Notes under the pieces: model-generated
The model's database searches: none
What the model saw: only the letters and a program-made list of their open reading frames with translations
Told to the model about the DNA's origin: nothing
Source: Tricharina praecox
Lineage: Eukaryota
Direction of reading: 5' to 3'
Assembly (NCBI RefSeq): GCF_024521635.1
Contig: NW_026250419.1
Span: forward strand, 124,001 to 188,000
DNA: 64,000 nt
Program-made: the position numbers and the translations under genes
Shown: piece by piece, positions 1-12,404 of the stretch
Layout: each line of letters starts with the position of its first letter
How positions within the stretch are numbered: the stretch's first letter is position 1

Positions 1-1
1 G

Positions 2-607
2 GGCTCCGCGTCCTTCGATACGACATGGCGACTCTGGGATCTGGAAACCCAGAAGGAGCTGCTGCTGCAGGAAGGTCATTCGAGGGAGGTCTATTCGATA
101 GCATTCCAGGGAGACGGCGCTCTGGTCGCCAGTGGTGGACTCGATTCCATTGGTAGGGTGTGGGATCTACGGACGGGGCGGACAATCATGGTTCTCGACG
201 GCCACATCCGCGAGATCACCGGATTAGCATGGCACCCCGACGGCTACCGTGTGCTGTCGTCGTCGGGCGACGCTTCAGTCAAGGTCTGGGATGTGCGCAT
301 GGTGCGGTGCACTGCTACTATCGGTGCGCACAAGAAATTAGTTAGTGACATCCGGTTCTTTGGTGGTAATGGCGCTGGCAGCGGGTTGCCGACGGACATG
401 AAGACGGAGGGGACGTATTTCGTCACCAGCGGCTTCGACGGCGAAGTCAAGATCCACTCCAGCGACGACTGGGCGTCCGTCAAGAGTCTCAGCGCGCACT
501 CCGGAAACGTCACCAGTGTCGACGTCAGCATGGATGGCCGGTTTATCGTCAGCAGCGGACAAGACAGGACCTGTAAACTATGGGCTAGAGAAGATATAGA
601 GCTGTAA
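2..607 (+). CDS. PRP4: U4/U6 snRNP WD40 protein Prp4, 3' part (5' end outside window)
   Basis: The frame from base 2 reads GSASFDTTWRLWDLETQKELLLQEGHSREVYSIAFQGDGALVASGGLDSIGRVWDLRTGRTIMVLDGH, matching Prp4 WD repeats. Stop TAA at 605-607. Confidence 0.9.
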   Translation, partial: GSASFDTTWRLWDLETQKELLLQEGHSREVYSIAFQGDGALVASGGLDSIGRVWDLRTGRTIMVLDGHIREITGLAWHPDGYRVLSSSGDASVKVWDVRMVRCTATIGAHKKLVSDIRFFGGNGAGSGLPTDMKTEGTYFVTSGFDGEVKIHSSDDWASVKSLSAHSGNVTSVDVSMDGRFIVSSGQDRTCKLWAREDIEL

Positions 608-1063
608 ATGGCGGACATATGTATGGGGGGTTCGGTGCATGGTCCAACACAGCTTGTTCACATCTCGCTGACAGCGTGAAGAAGAAGAAGAAGAGACGTG
701 ACCACTTGCAGTCAACCAAGCTCTTTTTGAGATTATGTCCGAACAAAAAAACAAAAAACCGAAACGTCTAGAGTGTCCTCAGCAGCAGAAAGCAGCAGCA
801 GTGAACCCACAAATACCGACCGCGACCATGCAAAAGTGCTATGATACAAATCAAGAGTTCTACTCCATCTTGTGGATACCACACCACTACTACCAGTGTC
901 ATCGCCATCACACGTCCTCGCCCTCTCTTGCCCTCGCCCACGCCCTCACCCGCCCATCACCATTTTAAAGATCGCCTATCCCCAACATCGGCGTCACAAC
1001 CACGCCTCCATTCAGAGACGCAATGCCATCCTCCTCCTCATCTGCTCGACGGTATTGCCGAGC

Positions 1064-1655
1064 CTATGCCTCACCAGCCACGTGCTTGAGGAACTTCTCC
1101 AAGTCGAACCGCTTATCGTCAGGGTCGGTGATCACTGTGTAGAATCAAGGTTCGCACACACGCACGCACGGGTCAGCCACGATTCTCTTCCCATCCCCAT
1201 AGGTATATATCAATCGGAAAGAGAGATAGAGATAGCAAGAGATAGAGAGAGGAAACGTACAGTCGCCGGTATCGATCGGCGCCTTGACAGGGTGCTTTCT
1301 GGCCCACTCCGCCTTCGCCTGCTTGATCAGGGCGGCCTTATGGTTGTACTCGGCCTGGTCGGCGGCAACAATCGCCGCCGACGACAGCTGGCGCTGGTGG
1401 TACAGTCCGTACAGGATTCCGGAGCCGAGTGCGGAGTAGCGCAGGACCTGTGGGACGCCATGACATTTCACGAATCAGCGTTTTTGTTTTTTTGTGTAGG
1501 ATGTGTATATGTGTATGTGTGTGTGTGAGTGAGGGTGAGTGTGTGTGTATGTGTGTACGTGCGTACGTGCGTGCGGAGCCGGAGGCATTGCCGATACCGA
1601 CGCGGGCGGAGAGGGGGTGGGAGCGTACGTTGACGGCTTGTGTTGAGAGAACCAT
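1064..1655 (-). CDS. ATP21: Mitochondrial ATP synthase subunit e (3 exons: 1655-1629, 1447-1261, 1134-1064)
   Basis: Spliced product MVLSTQAVN|VLRYSALGSGILYGLYHQRQL...KQAKAEWARKH...|LITDPDDKRFDLEKFLKHVAGEA*, with the GxxxG membrane segment and DPDDKRFDLE tail typical of fungal subunit e. Both introns are GT-AG. Confidence 0.9.
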
Positions 1656-2507
1656 TGTGAGAGCGCGCTTGGTGCGTGGGATGGTTCGGGTTCGGGTTGT
1701 GTGTTGGAAAGAGTGAGTGAATGTGGTGGAATGGATGGAGGTTTGCAGCGGGCGGGAGCGGAGCGGAGCGGAGGAGGAGGAGGAGGGAGGAGGGGAGGGT
1801 TTGAGGTTAGTCCGGTTCGGTAGAGTTGCAATACGCGAAGATGAATTGAAATTTCCCACATCACCGAAACGCTCCGAAGATGTCAGCAGTGAGCGACATG
1901 AGCCGCACGACAACAAGACACGTGCGCTAAAAATGCACAGAAATCGATGGCTGTTCGTGGGGGATTATCGACGGAGCTTTGGATTGCATTGCATGGTTGT
2001 CGGGGCACTGTTTTCTATGTGCATTGATGTCTTTTTTGCTGGGACAGTTCCTCGGGCGGGGCTGTTTTAGAGTATGTACCAGTACAGCTTGGGGGATCCG
2101 GGTGAATTGATGTGCGGGGAGCCCCGCGATGGTGGGGATTGTGGGTATTGTGTCAGTGGAGCGGATTGGAAGGGTCGGTTTGGAGTCCATGTGCCGTGGA
2201 TATGCCCACAGCTTTTGTGTGCAGCTCGAGTGAAGTGGTACATCCCTAGTATCCAGAGATGTGCTCTACCGTACCTGTCGGCTCCTCCCCCCATCTTACT
2301 CCTTCAAGCTAGGAATATCCCACAAGCAACTCAACACCGCACGACGAAACCCGGAACTCCCAGATATATATCCAGTCCGCGACTGCTTGGTTACTGCCGT
2401 ACGAAGACCGACGCAATACGAGCCGGCCCAGCTCTCCGCAAGCTCTCCGCCGAGTATCAACCTCCACACAGCATACAGCGACATCCAATCCCCCGAGCTC
2501 TCCTGAG

Positions 2508-4729
2508 ATGGAGCAACGGAAGGCCGAAATCGCCGCAAAGCGGCAGCGCCTGGCAGAGATTAAGAAAAGGAATGCCGAGCGACAGCTACAGTCAACGACG
2601 CGCCGAAGTCAAGATGTGAGCGAGGTACATACATTGAAGATCCATTCCCATCGCATACCATCTCGGCCATGAACCTAACCTCCGTCGTGTCTTCTCCGCC
2701 TCTTAGATGTCGGCTCCCATACCGCGTGCGTACAATCGCGAGAGCATCGAGATTCTGGTCAGAGACCTTGTCGGTGACCGTCCGGCGTCGACGGGGCCCA
2801 GTACTTTCAAGGGGAGCAGACCAAACTCGGTGCTCTCGGCGGCGGAGAGTAACGCTTCTGAAATCACGTCTCCGATCATTCCTTCGTACGTTCCCGTCCC
2901 CATGCTATAAGGGAAGCATTTGATGCTGATCGTTTTCCGGTAGAGGGTTGGGCATGACACCGGAATCGACCACGTTGGGCTTCCAGACAATATCACAGAC
3001 TCCCGTCACGATCGTGTACGACGCCCCGCCATCCCCGATCCCGGAAATCCTCACGTACAGCAAGGAGGTGCAGACGACGGAGACATGGACGGAGACCGAT
3101 AATTCCGAGGATGACGCCCTGTTGTCGCCGGAGAAGGAGGAGGAGCTGCGAGAGCGGCTGAGAAGGGAGATTGAGGAGGAGCTACGGCTGCTTCATCTCG
3201 AGGAGGCGGACCAGGAAACCATGAAGGGAGATACGGATAAGGGGTTCTTTGCGCGAGAACTGACAGATGAGGAGAAGACGGCGATTACGGCTTCGGAGGA
3301 CTTTCTGGATTTTATCGAGAGGTCGTCGAAAGTGGTGGAGCGCGCGCTGGATATGGAGTATGATGTTCTGGCGGACTATGGACTCGGTGTCAATGGGGAG
3401 GACGATGATCAGACCGGAAGGAGACTGAAGGAGGTCACGCAGTTCTACGACGAGCGATGGTCGAAGAAGCGGATGGTCAGCGATATCAACTTCTCTCCGA
3501 AGGTAGTTCCTCAGATTGAGCTGTCAGTTGTGGCTAGTAGCTTACACGGACAAGTTCCCCGAGCTCGTCTTAGCATCTTACACCAAGAACCCTTCGGCAC
3601 CCCATGATCCAGATGGTTTGGTGCAGGTGTGGAATATGCACCTGCACGACAGGGCTGAATATGTCTTCCATGCCCAGGTAATGACTGCCCCCGTCCATTG
3701 GAAATCCTAGTACTCGGTTGCTCACATTTTTTCCAGAGCGATGTCCTTACGGCCAGGTTCTCACCATTCCACCCGAACCTGATTGTCGGTGGAGCCTACA
3801 GCGGTCAAGTACTACTCTGGGACACCAGAGCAAAGTCGCAACCCGTTCTGAAAACCCCACTCACCGGATCCGGGCACACACACCCTGTCTACTCGGTCTC
3901 CGTAATCGGCACCCAAAACGCCAACAACATCCTCAGCAGCTCCACGGACGGCGTAGTCTGTGGCTGGACTGTAGACATGCTCGCGCAACCCCAAGAGCTC
4001 CTCGAACTGATCGCCCCACCCCCCTCCAAAACCGACGACCTCGCGCCCACCTGCATGGCCTTCCCCCACAGCGACCCAACCTACTTCCTCGTGGGCACAG
4101 AGGAGGGCACAATCTACCCATGCCATCGCTACGACCGCGCAGGCGCCAAAGCCGGCATCGAACCGCGCATCTCCTACCGCGCGCACGCCGCCCCCGTCAT
4201 GTCCGTCGACTTCCACCCGGTGCGCGGGCCCGTAGACCTCGGCGACCTGGTTCTCTCCAGCTCGCTGGACTGGAGCGTAAAGCTGTGGAAAGCGCGGCCA
4301 CCGGCCGCCACCTCCACCACCGCCGCAGGAACCAGCACGTCCGCGCAGCCGATCCTCGAGTTCTCGCGCGAAGACGTCGTCTATGATGCGCGCTGGAGCC
4401 CCACGAAACCGGGTGTCTTCGGCCTCGTCGACGGCGCTGGCCAGCTTGAGATCTGGGATATCACTGTTGACACGGAGATCCCGATCGCGAAGGCCACGCC
4501 GACGCCGAGGGTCGGCGCTACCCATCTGACCAAGAGCTTGAATAAACTTGCGTGGGAGCAGCATGACGGGAAGAGGGTGGCGGTCGGAGGACTCGATGGA
4601 ATGGTTACCGTGTTTGATGTCACACTGGATTCCCCGAGGAATGAGGAGTGGGCGAGTGTAAAGAGGCTGGTTAGTCGGGTTGAGGGGACTGCTGCTGCTG
4701 CTGCTACGGCGGCGGCGGGGACGAAGTAG
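2508..4729 (+). CDS. PAC11: Cytoplasmic dynein intermediate chain (WD40), 5 exons
   Basis: N-terminal coil MEQRKAEIAAKRQRLAEIKKR, light-chain binding motif TYSKEVQT, SEDFLDFIERSSKVVERAL, and WD region FPELVLASY...GGAYSGQVLLWDTRAK...LSSSLDWSVKLW. Frames join across four introns. Confidence 0.92.
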
Positions 4730-4933
4730 GTGTGTTGATATCGTAATAGGAAAACTTAATAGCGCCTGGGAGGCGCGAATGTACTTTGATTCGCTATTTC
4801 GAGTGATATAAGATGATAATTACGCTGGTTGGGGAAGCAAACGACTTCATTAACTACATCTCAAACAAGAGGTATCCAAAAGCGCAAGTGATCCCACATT
4901 ATTATCTAGTCTAACCCACCACTGTACACATCA

Positions 4934-5980
4934 TCACGCCATAGCCAGAAGCCTATCTTCGACGCCATTCAGCACCCACTCATGTTGACCACCCGCAACC
5001 TCGAGGTTCTCCACTTCTGCGATGAACATCTTGTTCGGGTCCTGGCCGGGGCCGAAGATACTCGCACCGCCGGTACCGGGACTCATCTGCTGCATCTGGG
5101 CGGCCATCTGGTCGGCAGCTACGTGGCGAGCAGTCAGCGTACATGCGGATCGCAGGTGGGGGTTCGAGGGGGGACATACAATTATCGCTGCCCAAGATGT
5201 AATTGAACACGGAGCGGAGACCAAACAGGTTGAGGAAGTACCAGGACAGACTGGAGACCCATCTAACGTCGAGGTCTCTCGTGGCGACACCGCTCTGCAG
5301 CATGCTCTTGAAGCGGATGGTGAGCGGGAACGGCAGCTTCATGATGACGAAGCCCGAGAAGAAGGCGTTGATCCAGCCCATGATCAACGTCTGCGGCACA
5401 ATCATGGCCATGTTCCCCTTCAGCATGTTCATCATCTGGTCCATGCCGGCGGGGTCGGTCATGGGGTTCGGGGCGGGCTGGCCGACCGCCCCGGGGTCCT
5501 TCAGGTACTCGCCGCGCTTGTAGGCGGCGACGAGGGCGTTCTTACGCGAGACGAAGGACGAGAAGGGGATCTGGTTGAGGTTTTGGCGGAGATTGATGCC
5601 GTGGAGGAGGTTGCGTCTGTGCGAAACCGTTGATTAGAGGGGGAGGGATTCGCAGGAAATGGGGGCCGTGTGTGGACATACTGCTCGCGGAGTGCCTTGA
5701 TGTCTTGCTTCTTCGGATCGGATTGCATGAGCACCGTCGCATAGTGCCGTAACACACCAGTGAGGATCTTTGTAGACCGACAATCAGTCTCTGGGTCGCG
5801 GGCACGAATAACGAATGAATGAGGCGGATGGAAGTACCATAACACCGGTGATCGGGAATAGGATCCAGTAGCTGTTCACGCGCTCCATTAGCTTTTCATC
5901 CACCCATCTCTGGACTCCTAGGGGAAAACAAACAATAACTGGGGGTCGCGAAGGATCATCTGGTTCTGTACGTCGGCCAT
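4934..5980 (-). CDS. EMC3: ER membrane protein complex subunit 3, 5 exons
   Basis: MADVQNQMILRDPQLFYWILFPITGVMILTGVLRHY...MIVPQTLIMGWINAFFSGFVIMKLPFPLTIRFKSMLQSGVATRDLDVRWVSSLSWYFLNLFGL matches EMC3/TMEM111. Confidence 0.93.
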
Positions 5981-6254
5981 GGCTTTTCCGTCGTGGTCGT
6001 CGTGAGTTGCGGTGGTTGTAGTTGTGGACGAGCGGACATCTTCACGTCAGGAACGGGCATATGTAATGTGTTATGGCGTTGATCTGGGGTTACACAACTT
6101 CATGGTAGTCCTGGCGGTGGGATTACCCGGTGGACATGCAGTCTATCACTCGGTTTCCATGAATCCACTACAGGCATTTTCACACCGTAAACGTGTCAAT
6201 TTGGAATGATCTACTGTGGAGTTTGCAGATAGGTCGCATGGAATCAATCATTAA

Positions 6255-6683
6255 GGTTCTGTTTGGATGGCCTCAGTTTTAGCAAAAACTGAGCAAACAA
6301 AACTGTAACCCTGTTTGAATCTCACAAAAACTGAGAAGAAAAAACTGAAACTGTGTAGCTCCGGCGACGAAACTGGAACTGACCTCTGGAGGTCAGTTTC
6401 TTCACCACCACTCAGTACCACATTTTAACTTCAACCATGGACTCCCCTTCCAGGAAAGAGAAAAAAAAAGCGGGTCTACAGTGTGTACTACTAAAGTTCT
6501 GGTGAAGCCTATTATCTAGACTTATGTCTGAGTATACTGGGAACTGCCAAACACTCTGTTCACCTCAAGGTTTTCCGGAAACTGAAACTGAACAGTATTT
6601 GGTATCCCGGCGGGGAACTTACTTTGGCTCTAAAACTGGGCTCTAAAACTGGAACTGAAGAATTAGTGCATCCAGACGGGCCC
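6255..6683. mobile_element. Non-autonomous PIF/Harbinger (Tourist-like) MITE, 429 bp
   Basis: TAA flanks both ends (6252-6254 and 6684-6686). The 15-bp TIRs are GGTTCTGTTTGGATG and, as reverse complement of the right end, GGGCCCGTCTGGATG (11/15 identical). The interior is AT-rich and non-coding with many AAACTG motifs and two internal palindromes. Confidence 0.75.
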
Positions 6684-6918
6684 TAAACAAACAAAAGCGT
6701 AAACGTGTCATGTATGGACTTGTGCGTTGTAGTAAGCTTCATTTGCATTTCTTTTTCGCCATTTTTGATAGCCAGTCTACATAACCCACGGGAAAGGGAG
6801 GAAGGATATCCCACAACCGTACACCAGGATCCGGAATGACCCAACCCATTTAAGGAAAAAGAAAAAAGGAAAAAAAGACTACCAAAAGAAACAAGAAACA
6901 GAAAACAAAACGGCAAGC

Positions 6919-9543
6919 TTAGATTACTCTCAACTGCCGTGCGCCCTTGCTCTGTCCGCTCTTTCCCTTTCTCTTCTTCTTTCCCGACTCGAAGGCCACT
7001 GCCGAAGCGTGGTCTCTTCCGAGCTTGTCCAGATCCTTCACCTTGTAGATCCTCACTATCCAGTTCTCGCTGGTGAAGGCCTCATCCAGAGTATTGAGTG
7101 TGGGCCCGGTTTCAGGCAGCATTACACCACGAACACGGTCCTGGGCCTTGCCAGCAGGGAAGAGGGCATGGTAGTTGTAGTACGACATTTTGTACCTATC
7201 AAAGAACATTAGCATGTATGAGTATGTGGGTGAGATCAGCGGGACTCATACATCAAGCTGTTCTTCATCGTTTCGGTGGCTTGGTCGTCGACCTTGTATT
7301 CGCCACGTGGGGTGAAGAAGTCACGCTCCTTGACCTCGTTGGGCCAGACGCCTTCGGCGATACGAATCATCCATAGGAACTGGTGTATTGTTAGTGTGCC
7401 TACTTCACGATTTCTAACCAGCAAACGGACTTACCTTGTTGATATCATCACCGGAATATCCGAGCAGACCGCCAAAGATGACGAGAACGTAGTCGACATC
7501 GTGCTGACGGAGGATGGGGTAGGAGACCTCCTCACGCGAAGCCATCGCTTTTCCGACAGTTGCAATGTGGGTGTTGTTCCAGGTGTTGTTGTCCACCAAA
7601 GTAGCTCTGTCGGCCATTCCGCCGATCTGGTAGCCGTAGTCCCACCAACTCATGATCTTCGCATCGTCGGGAGTGTTTTTCCTTAGCCAGTAGTACGCCT
7701 CACGGTAGTCGTCGATGATGTGCTGCGAGCCATCGGGCAAACGAGATGCGAGGACCACGGATGGCGAAGAGTAAGCATTGGAGGTGACCCAAGTACAATG
7801 GAGCACGAAAAGGAAGAGGTAGAAAGTGAACGCGCCGACTACAGTGATCTTGGATCCCTGAGAGAAGATTCCAACGATAGATTCACGACTGGCGGTCAAG
7901 AGACCGGGCTTCTTATCCCCAGTCTTCGCCTTCTCTTCAGTGGCGATCGCAGCTTCAACTGCGGCAGGCTCAGGCACATCGAAAGTGGTGTAGGTATCCA
8001 ATATGTTAGACAGGGCAATAGCGGCAGCCACGCAGACAACGGGAGTCAAAGTAAGCATGAGACGGACCATGACACCGGCGAAGTAGCTGGCCATGATGGC
8101 GTAGATGATAACGAAAACGTGCTCATCTGCCAGGGTTCTGAAACACATGTATACTCCGGCCGGAAAGAGCCAGATCAGCATCTCCAAGTCGAAGAAGAAG
8201 GCAGGCCATGCGGTGGGCTGATGCTCCGAGACGGACGCAATGATAGGAATGTGAATCTTGGCATAGCCGGTATCCCACAGCGAGTAGAAGCGGCCAGACC
8301 ATGGCGCAATGGTTCCGGAGACGGTCAACAGCACAAGTGCGGCAGAAGATCCGACGAAAGCAATGATGATGAAAGCACGGAGCAGCGACTGGAATTGCTT
8401 GGACGGAACCTGGGAGCGGACGTAGTCCACGAAGGCAACAATCTGCAGCAGACCGAAGACACCTAAACACGGAAACATTAGATTAAACTCCCACGGAAAA
8501 AATTAACAGGAGGACTACAAACCTAGCGCGGCCATGTGCTCCGACGAGCGGATGGGCAAGAATCCAACGAAGGGAATCTGCATGCTGCCCAATGTGCCGA
8601 GAGCATACCAGCTGACATACGAAACGTACAGGCGCGGTGAGTAGCGACCCATCACAATTAGCACGAAGGCGTGCAGAGGAATCATGTTGGTGATGAAGAC
8701 GTATCCACCCCATGCGGCAACCATGTAGAAGTAGAACAGAGCGCAAAGAGCGCCCCAGTACGCACTTCCAAGCTTGAGCGCCTTGATCCAGAGGTAGAAG
8801 GTGAACATGAGAAGGAAAATGGCAATTGCCTCGTTGTCGTAGGAACCAGCCACCGAGCGCGAGATGTAACCAGGTGCAATACCGATAAAGGCAGCAGCGA
8901 GCAATCCAGCCGACTCATCCTTCATCTCCTTGGTGAACAAGTACGTAGCTAGTGCAGTCAATCCCGAGAAGGCCGGAGCAAGCAGGACACAGATGTTTCG
9001 AATGTCGACCGGGAATGTCAGGAACCGGAGGATGTGGTAAATAACGCCGGAGGTAACCATCAAGCCTGGGTACAGAGTACCACCAGTGACTCGTCCCAGC
9101 GGATGCCATGTTCCTATAACCACAATTCAGCTCTTGCGCAATAGGTACCGTCGGAGTGCAGCGGCCCTCACGGTCATCAAACCAATCCCAAAAGTTGTAG
9201 AACCCGTTCTTAACGAGGTATTTGGTGGCTCGAAAGTTGAACCATGGATCGACTGTTCGGACCAGCTAGTGAGTTTCCAGGCGCACAGTAGGACTGAGGA
9301 CCGGAAGTGGGGGAAAACCGTACATTCGTGGATTATGCTCTCGAATCCTGCGCCTGCAAGTTAGCTATGAGTGCTGCTGTCCGCGGCGTGTGGGCCAACG
9401 GATTGAGGACCGAACTACGTACGGATCACCGAAAACAGTCGACTTGAGACAGCAGCGCCGGCGATGGTGACGAGGATGACGACTTTCAGCAACGAGCGCA
9501 GATTCCTGGCGGACTCGTCCTTGAAGAACGCGTCCATCGACAT
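6919..9543 (-). CDS. STT3: Oligosaccharyltransferase catalytic subunit Stt3, about 7 exons
   Basis: Motifs [62 protein letters not shown] and [15 protein letters not shown]. Confidence 0.97.
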
Positions 9544-10003
9544 TTTGGAATGACGAACGGACAGACGGTGGGTAGGGTTGAAGAATTGGAGGGGAGTTGG
9601 GAGGTGTTTGGTGATTGAGGTTCAGTTGTCGAGAGTTCGGCACAAGGCCGCGCAATGGAAATAGTGTAGGTAAAGGCGACCCTTGTGGTACGTACAGCAG
9701 GTTATGATTGAAGGTGTCCTTTTCGGCGGACCCCTGCAAAGCGGTTGGGCAGCTGCCGGGACCACACGCGCCAGAAGATTAGAGCTTTGCGGCGGCTGAG
9801 GGAAAGAGCTGCACACCTTATACTCTACTATGATAGTTATGATAGTGGTACGCTACTCTAGAGTCTACATAGCTTCTCGTGCCGTCGTAACTTACCGTCC
9901 TCTGCTTCAACCCCTCCCCCACCATCACGCACGATCCTTCTCCCCCACAACGCCTCCCCCGCCTCCCCGCATCCAAGCATTACCATCTCTCCACACCGGC
10001 ATT

Positions 10004-10722
10004 ATGGCGCTCGCAACCCCAAGTCTCAGCATGTCCTACTTCAGCGACCTGTGCCAGGCGGACATGCACCCCGCGGTTCTCGTCGACATTTTGTCCGAGC
10101 TCGAACACAACGCCCAGATCGACACCAACACGTTGAATCCCGAGACCTTGAAGCTTCTATCGACCTTCTACACCGTCTACCTGTTGTGTTTGGTGCACGA
10201 TCGTGACCTGTGAGCAGCCTGGCCGCTCGAACGAAGCTCGCTCGCTGCACCGACCGTCGGCTGACCCACCATTGCAGGAACGAAGCACGATTCCTCACCC
10301 AGCGTATTCCAACTGCGATCCTAGCCGACGCCCAGCTCTCGAACGCTGTCAGTCTCCTGAGAGCACTGTACACCCGCAACTACCCCGCCGTGTATGTTGC
10401 CCTGGAGAGTCCAAAGTGGTCGGATCTTGTTAAGCCGCTTTGCAAGCGTTTTCAGGATGACTTCAGGAAGATGACGTTCCAGCTGCTTTCGAGGGCATAC
10501 ACCTCGATAACCCCGGAATCGGCTGCGTTCTATCTCGGACTTGTGGCAGCGCCGGACGGCGAGATGGTCAAGGCGCTGGTTGCGGGGGGATGGGAATATG
10601 ACTCTGCGGCGGGCTTGCTGAAGCCTTCGGTCAAATACGAGCGGGACGTGTCGGGGTCGACTCGCAAAGACGAGAGGATTGGAAGACTTACCGCGCTGGT
10701 GACCCATCTGGGGGAGGCTTGA
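10004..10722 (+). CDS. CSN8: COP9 signalosome subunit 8 (CSN8/PSMD8/EIF3K family), 2 exons
   Basis: YLLCLVHDRDL|NEARFLTQRIP...FRKMTFQLLSRAYTSITPESAAFYLGL...GWEYDS...RLTALVTHL fits the CSN8-type PCI fold. Intron GTGAGC...TTGCAG at about 10210-10277. Confidence 0.75.
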
Positions 10723-11257
10723 AACCCACTCTTTGGTAGGTAGAGGGACACGGCGAGACTAGATCGCATGCTTGGTGGTGGACTTAGCGATCGAGCAATC
10801 TTTCTAAAGTAAATTCACATCCATACCCTCCATCAGGCCATATCCATATGTTTCCTGTGCAATGATAGAATGTCTTGCTTGGAGTTGGCGTTTGTGTTGC
10901 AATTCTTGGGGGCTTCTGTTTTTGTTTCTTCTTCACGCCCTGTGTATTTGTTAGAAGACATACATACCTCACGCTTGTTCGCATTTTAGGAAATTTGTTG
11001 ATGTGGAGGCCCTCTATTAATGCCTGGTGATTTTGCTTTGTCCTATTGAGAAACCCGCTGTGAATAAATCTTTTCCAAAGGGAATATCTGCTGCCCGCGG
11101 CTACGGCGCCTGTGGCATGTCTCGTGCAACCCCAAGCTCTCGCTTTGTAAAGTTGGCCTTAACCCTTGTTAGCAGTAGCTAGAGTACCACCACTCAGTAG
11201 TCCGCAGAGACATACCTTCAATGTGATGGAACCTCCAAACCTCCACACATAACAAAG

Positions 11258-12404
11258 ATGATTATAATATCCTCAGCACTCCTCCTTGCGATTGGACTAC
11301 TCACACAGACCAGCGTGGGGCTGTTCAGTGTGCACGATGACCTGCTTGCATTTCCCCAGGTAGGTACATACCGGTGGTTGAGAGATGGAGGGCCACGTTT
11401 CTGATCGCTCCCGACACACAGTATGAGATACAGTTCCCGGAATCATTCGTTACGCCCGCGGAAGCCGAAGCGATCCTCTCACAGGCGCAGGCACGTACCG
11501 GCAGCAGTAATCGCCAACAGCAGCCGCTGGGAGGCGACTCCGACTCCGCCGCTAGCGACGACCTCACCGAGTCCTACGAGCTGATGCGAATGTCCGACCG
11601 GTCCTTCCTCTGCGCAATTCCCGTTGTGCGGCCCCCACCGCCCATGAACGCGACGGAGAAGGAGCTCTCCAAGGTCGAGGAAGAGAAGGAGCTTGCGCGC
11701 GCTACCACGCGCGGATGGGAATTGCTCTCGGATCTGGAAGGGAAGTGCTTGTACTTTGTGTCGGGGTGGTGGAGTTACTCGTTCTGTCACAACCGTGAGG
11801 TCAGACAGTTTCACCAGTTGCCGCCCCAGCAGAATAATCAGTGGCCGCCAACGGAGGACCCCGAGACGCAGTCGTATGTGCTTGGGCAAGCGCCGCAGGA
11901 TGGCAGCAGGAATCCTGGGGAGGGGACGGAGCTTCAGGCGACCGGGGAGTTGAGGTATCTTGTGCAGAAATTGGGCGGGGGGACGGTTTGTGATCTTACT
12001 GGGAAGGAACGGAAGATTGAAGTTCAGGTATCTACTCTTGTCACGATTGTTCGTCTCGCCTGCTGATATTGGTTGCCCAGTTCCACTGCAATTCCCACGG
12101 ACCCGACCGCATCGACTGGATCAAAGAAGTCTCCATCTGCTGCTACCTGATGGTGATCTACACGCCCCGCCTCTGCAACGATGTCACGTTCCTTCCTCCG
12201 CGAGACAACAAAGTCAATGGCATCACCTGCCGTGAACTGCTAAGTCTCGAGCAGCAGGAGGACTTCGTCAAGCGCAAGGTGAAGCAGGAACAGGCCGATG
12301 CCCTCAAGATGCTGGAGAATGCCCAGAAGGCTCTGGACGCGGAGAAAATCGTCAAGGACAAGAAACTGGAGGATGTCGTGTTTGTGTATCAGGACGGTCT
12401 GTGA
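11258..12404 (+). CDS. YOS9: OS-9/Yos9 ERAD lectin (MRH/PRKCSH domain), 3 exons
   Basis: Signal peptide MIIISSALLLAIGLL, then FSVHDDLLAFPQ|YEIQF, CLYFVSGWWSYSFCHNREVRQFHQL, YLVQKLGGGTVCDLTGKERKIEVQ|FHC and WIKEVSICCYLMVIYTPRLC. Confidence 0.92.

Noticed and set aside
7720..8466. Long antisense ORFs over STT3, dynein intermediate chain, FBA1, RMD1 and others
   Set aside because: They are shadows of codon bias on the opposite strand of well-supported genes.
11088..11185. GC-rich hairpin-like segment and TTAACCCTT, considered as telomerase template or Helitron end
   Set aside because: It is not the full TAACCCTAA template, the stem is imperfect, CTAG is too far from it, and the gap is too small for a fungal telomerase RNA.
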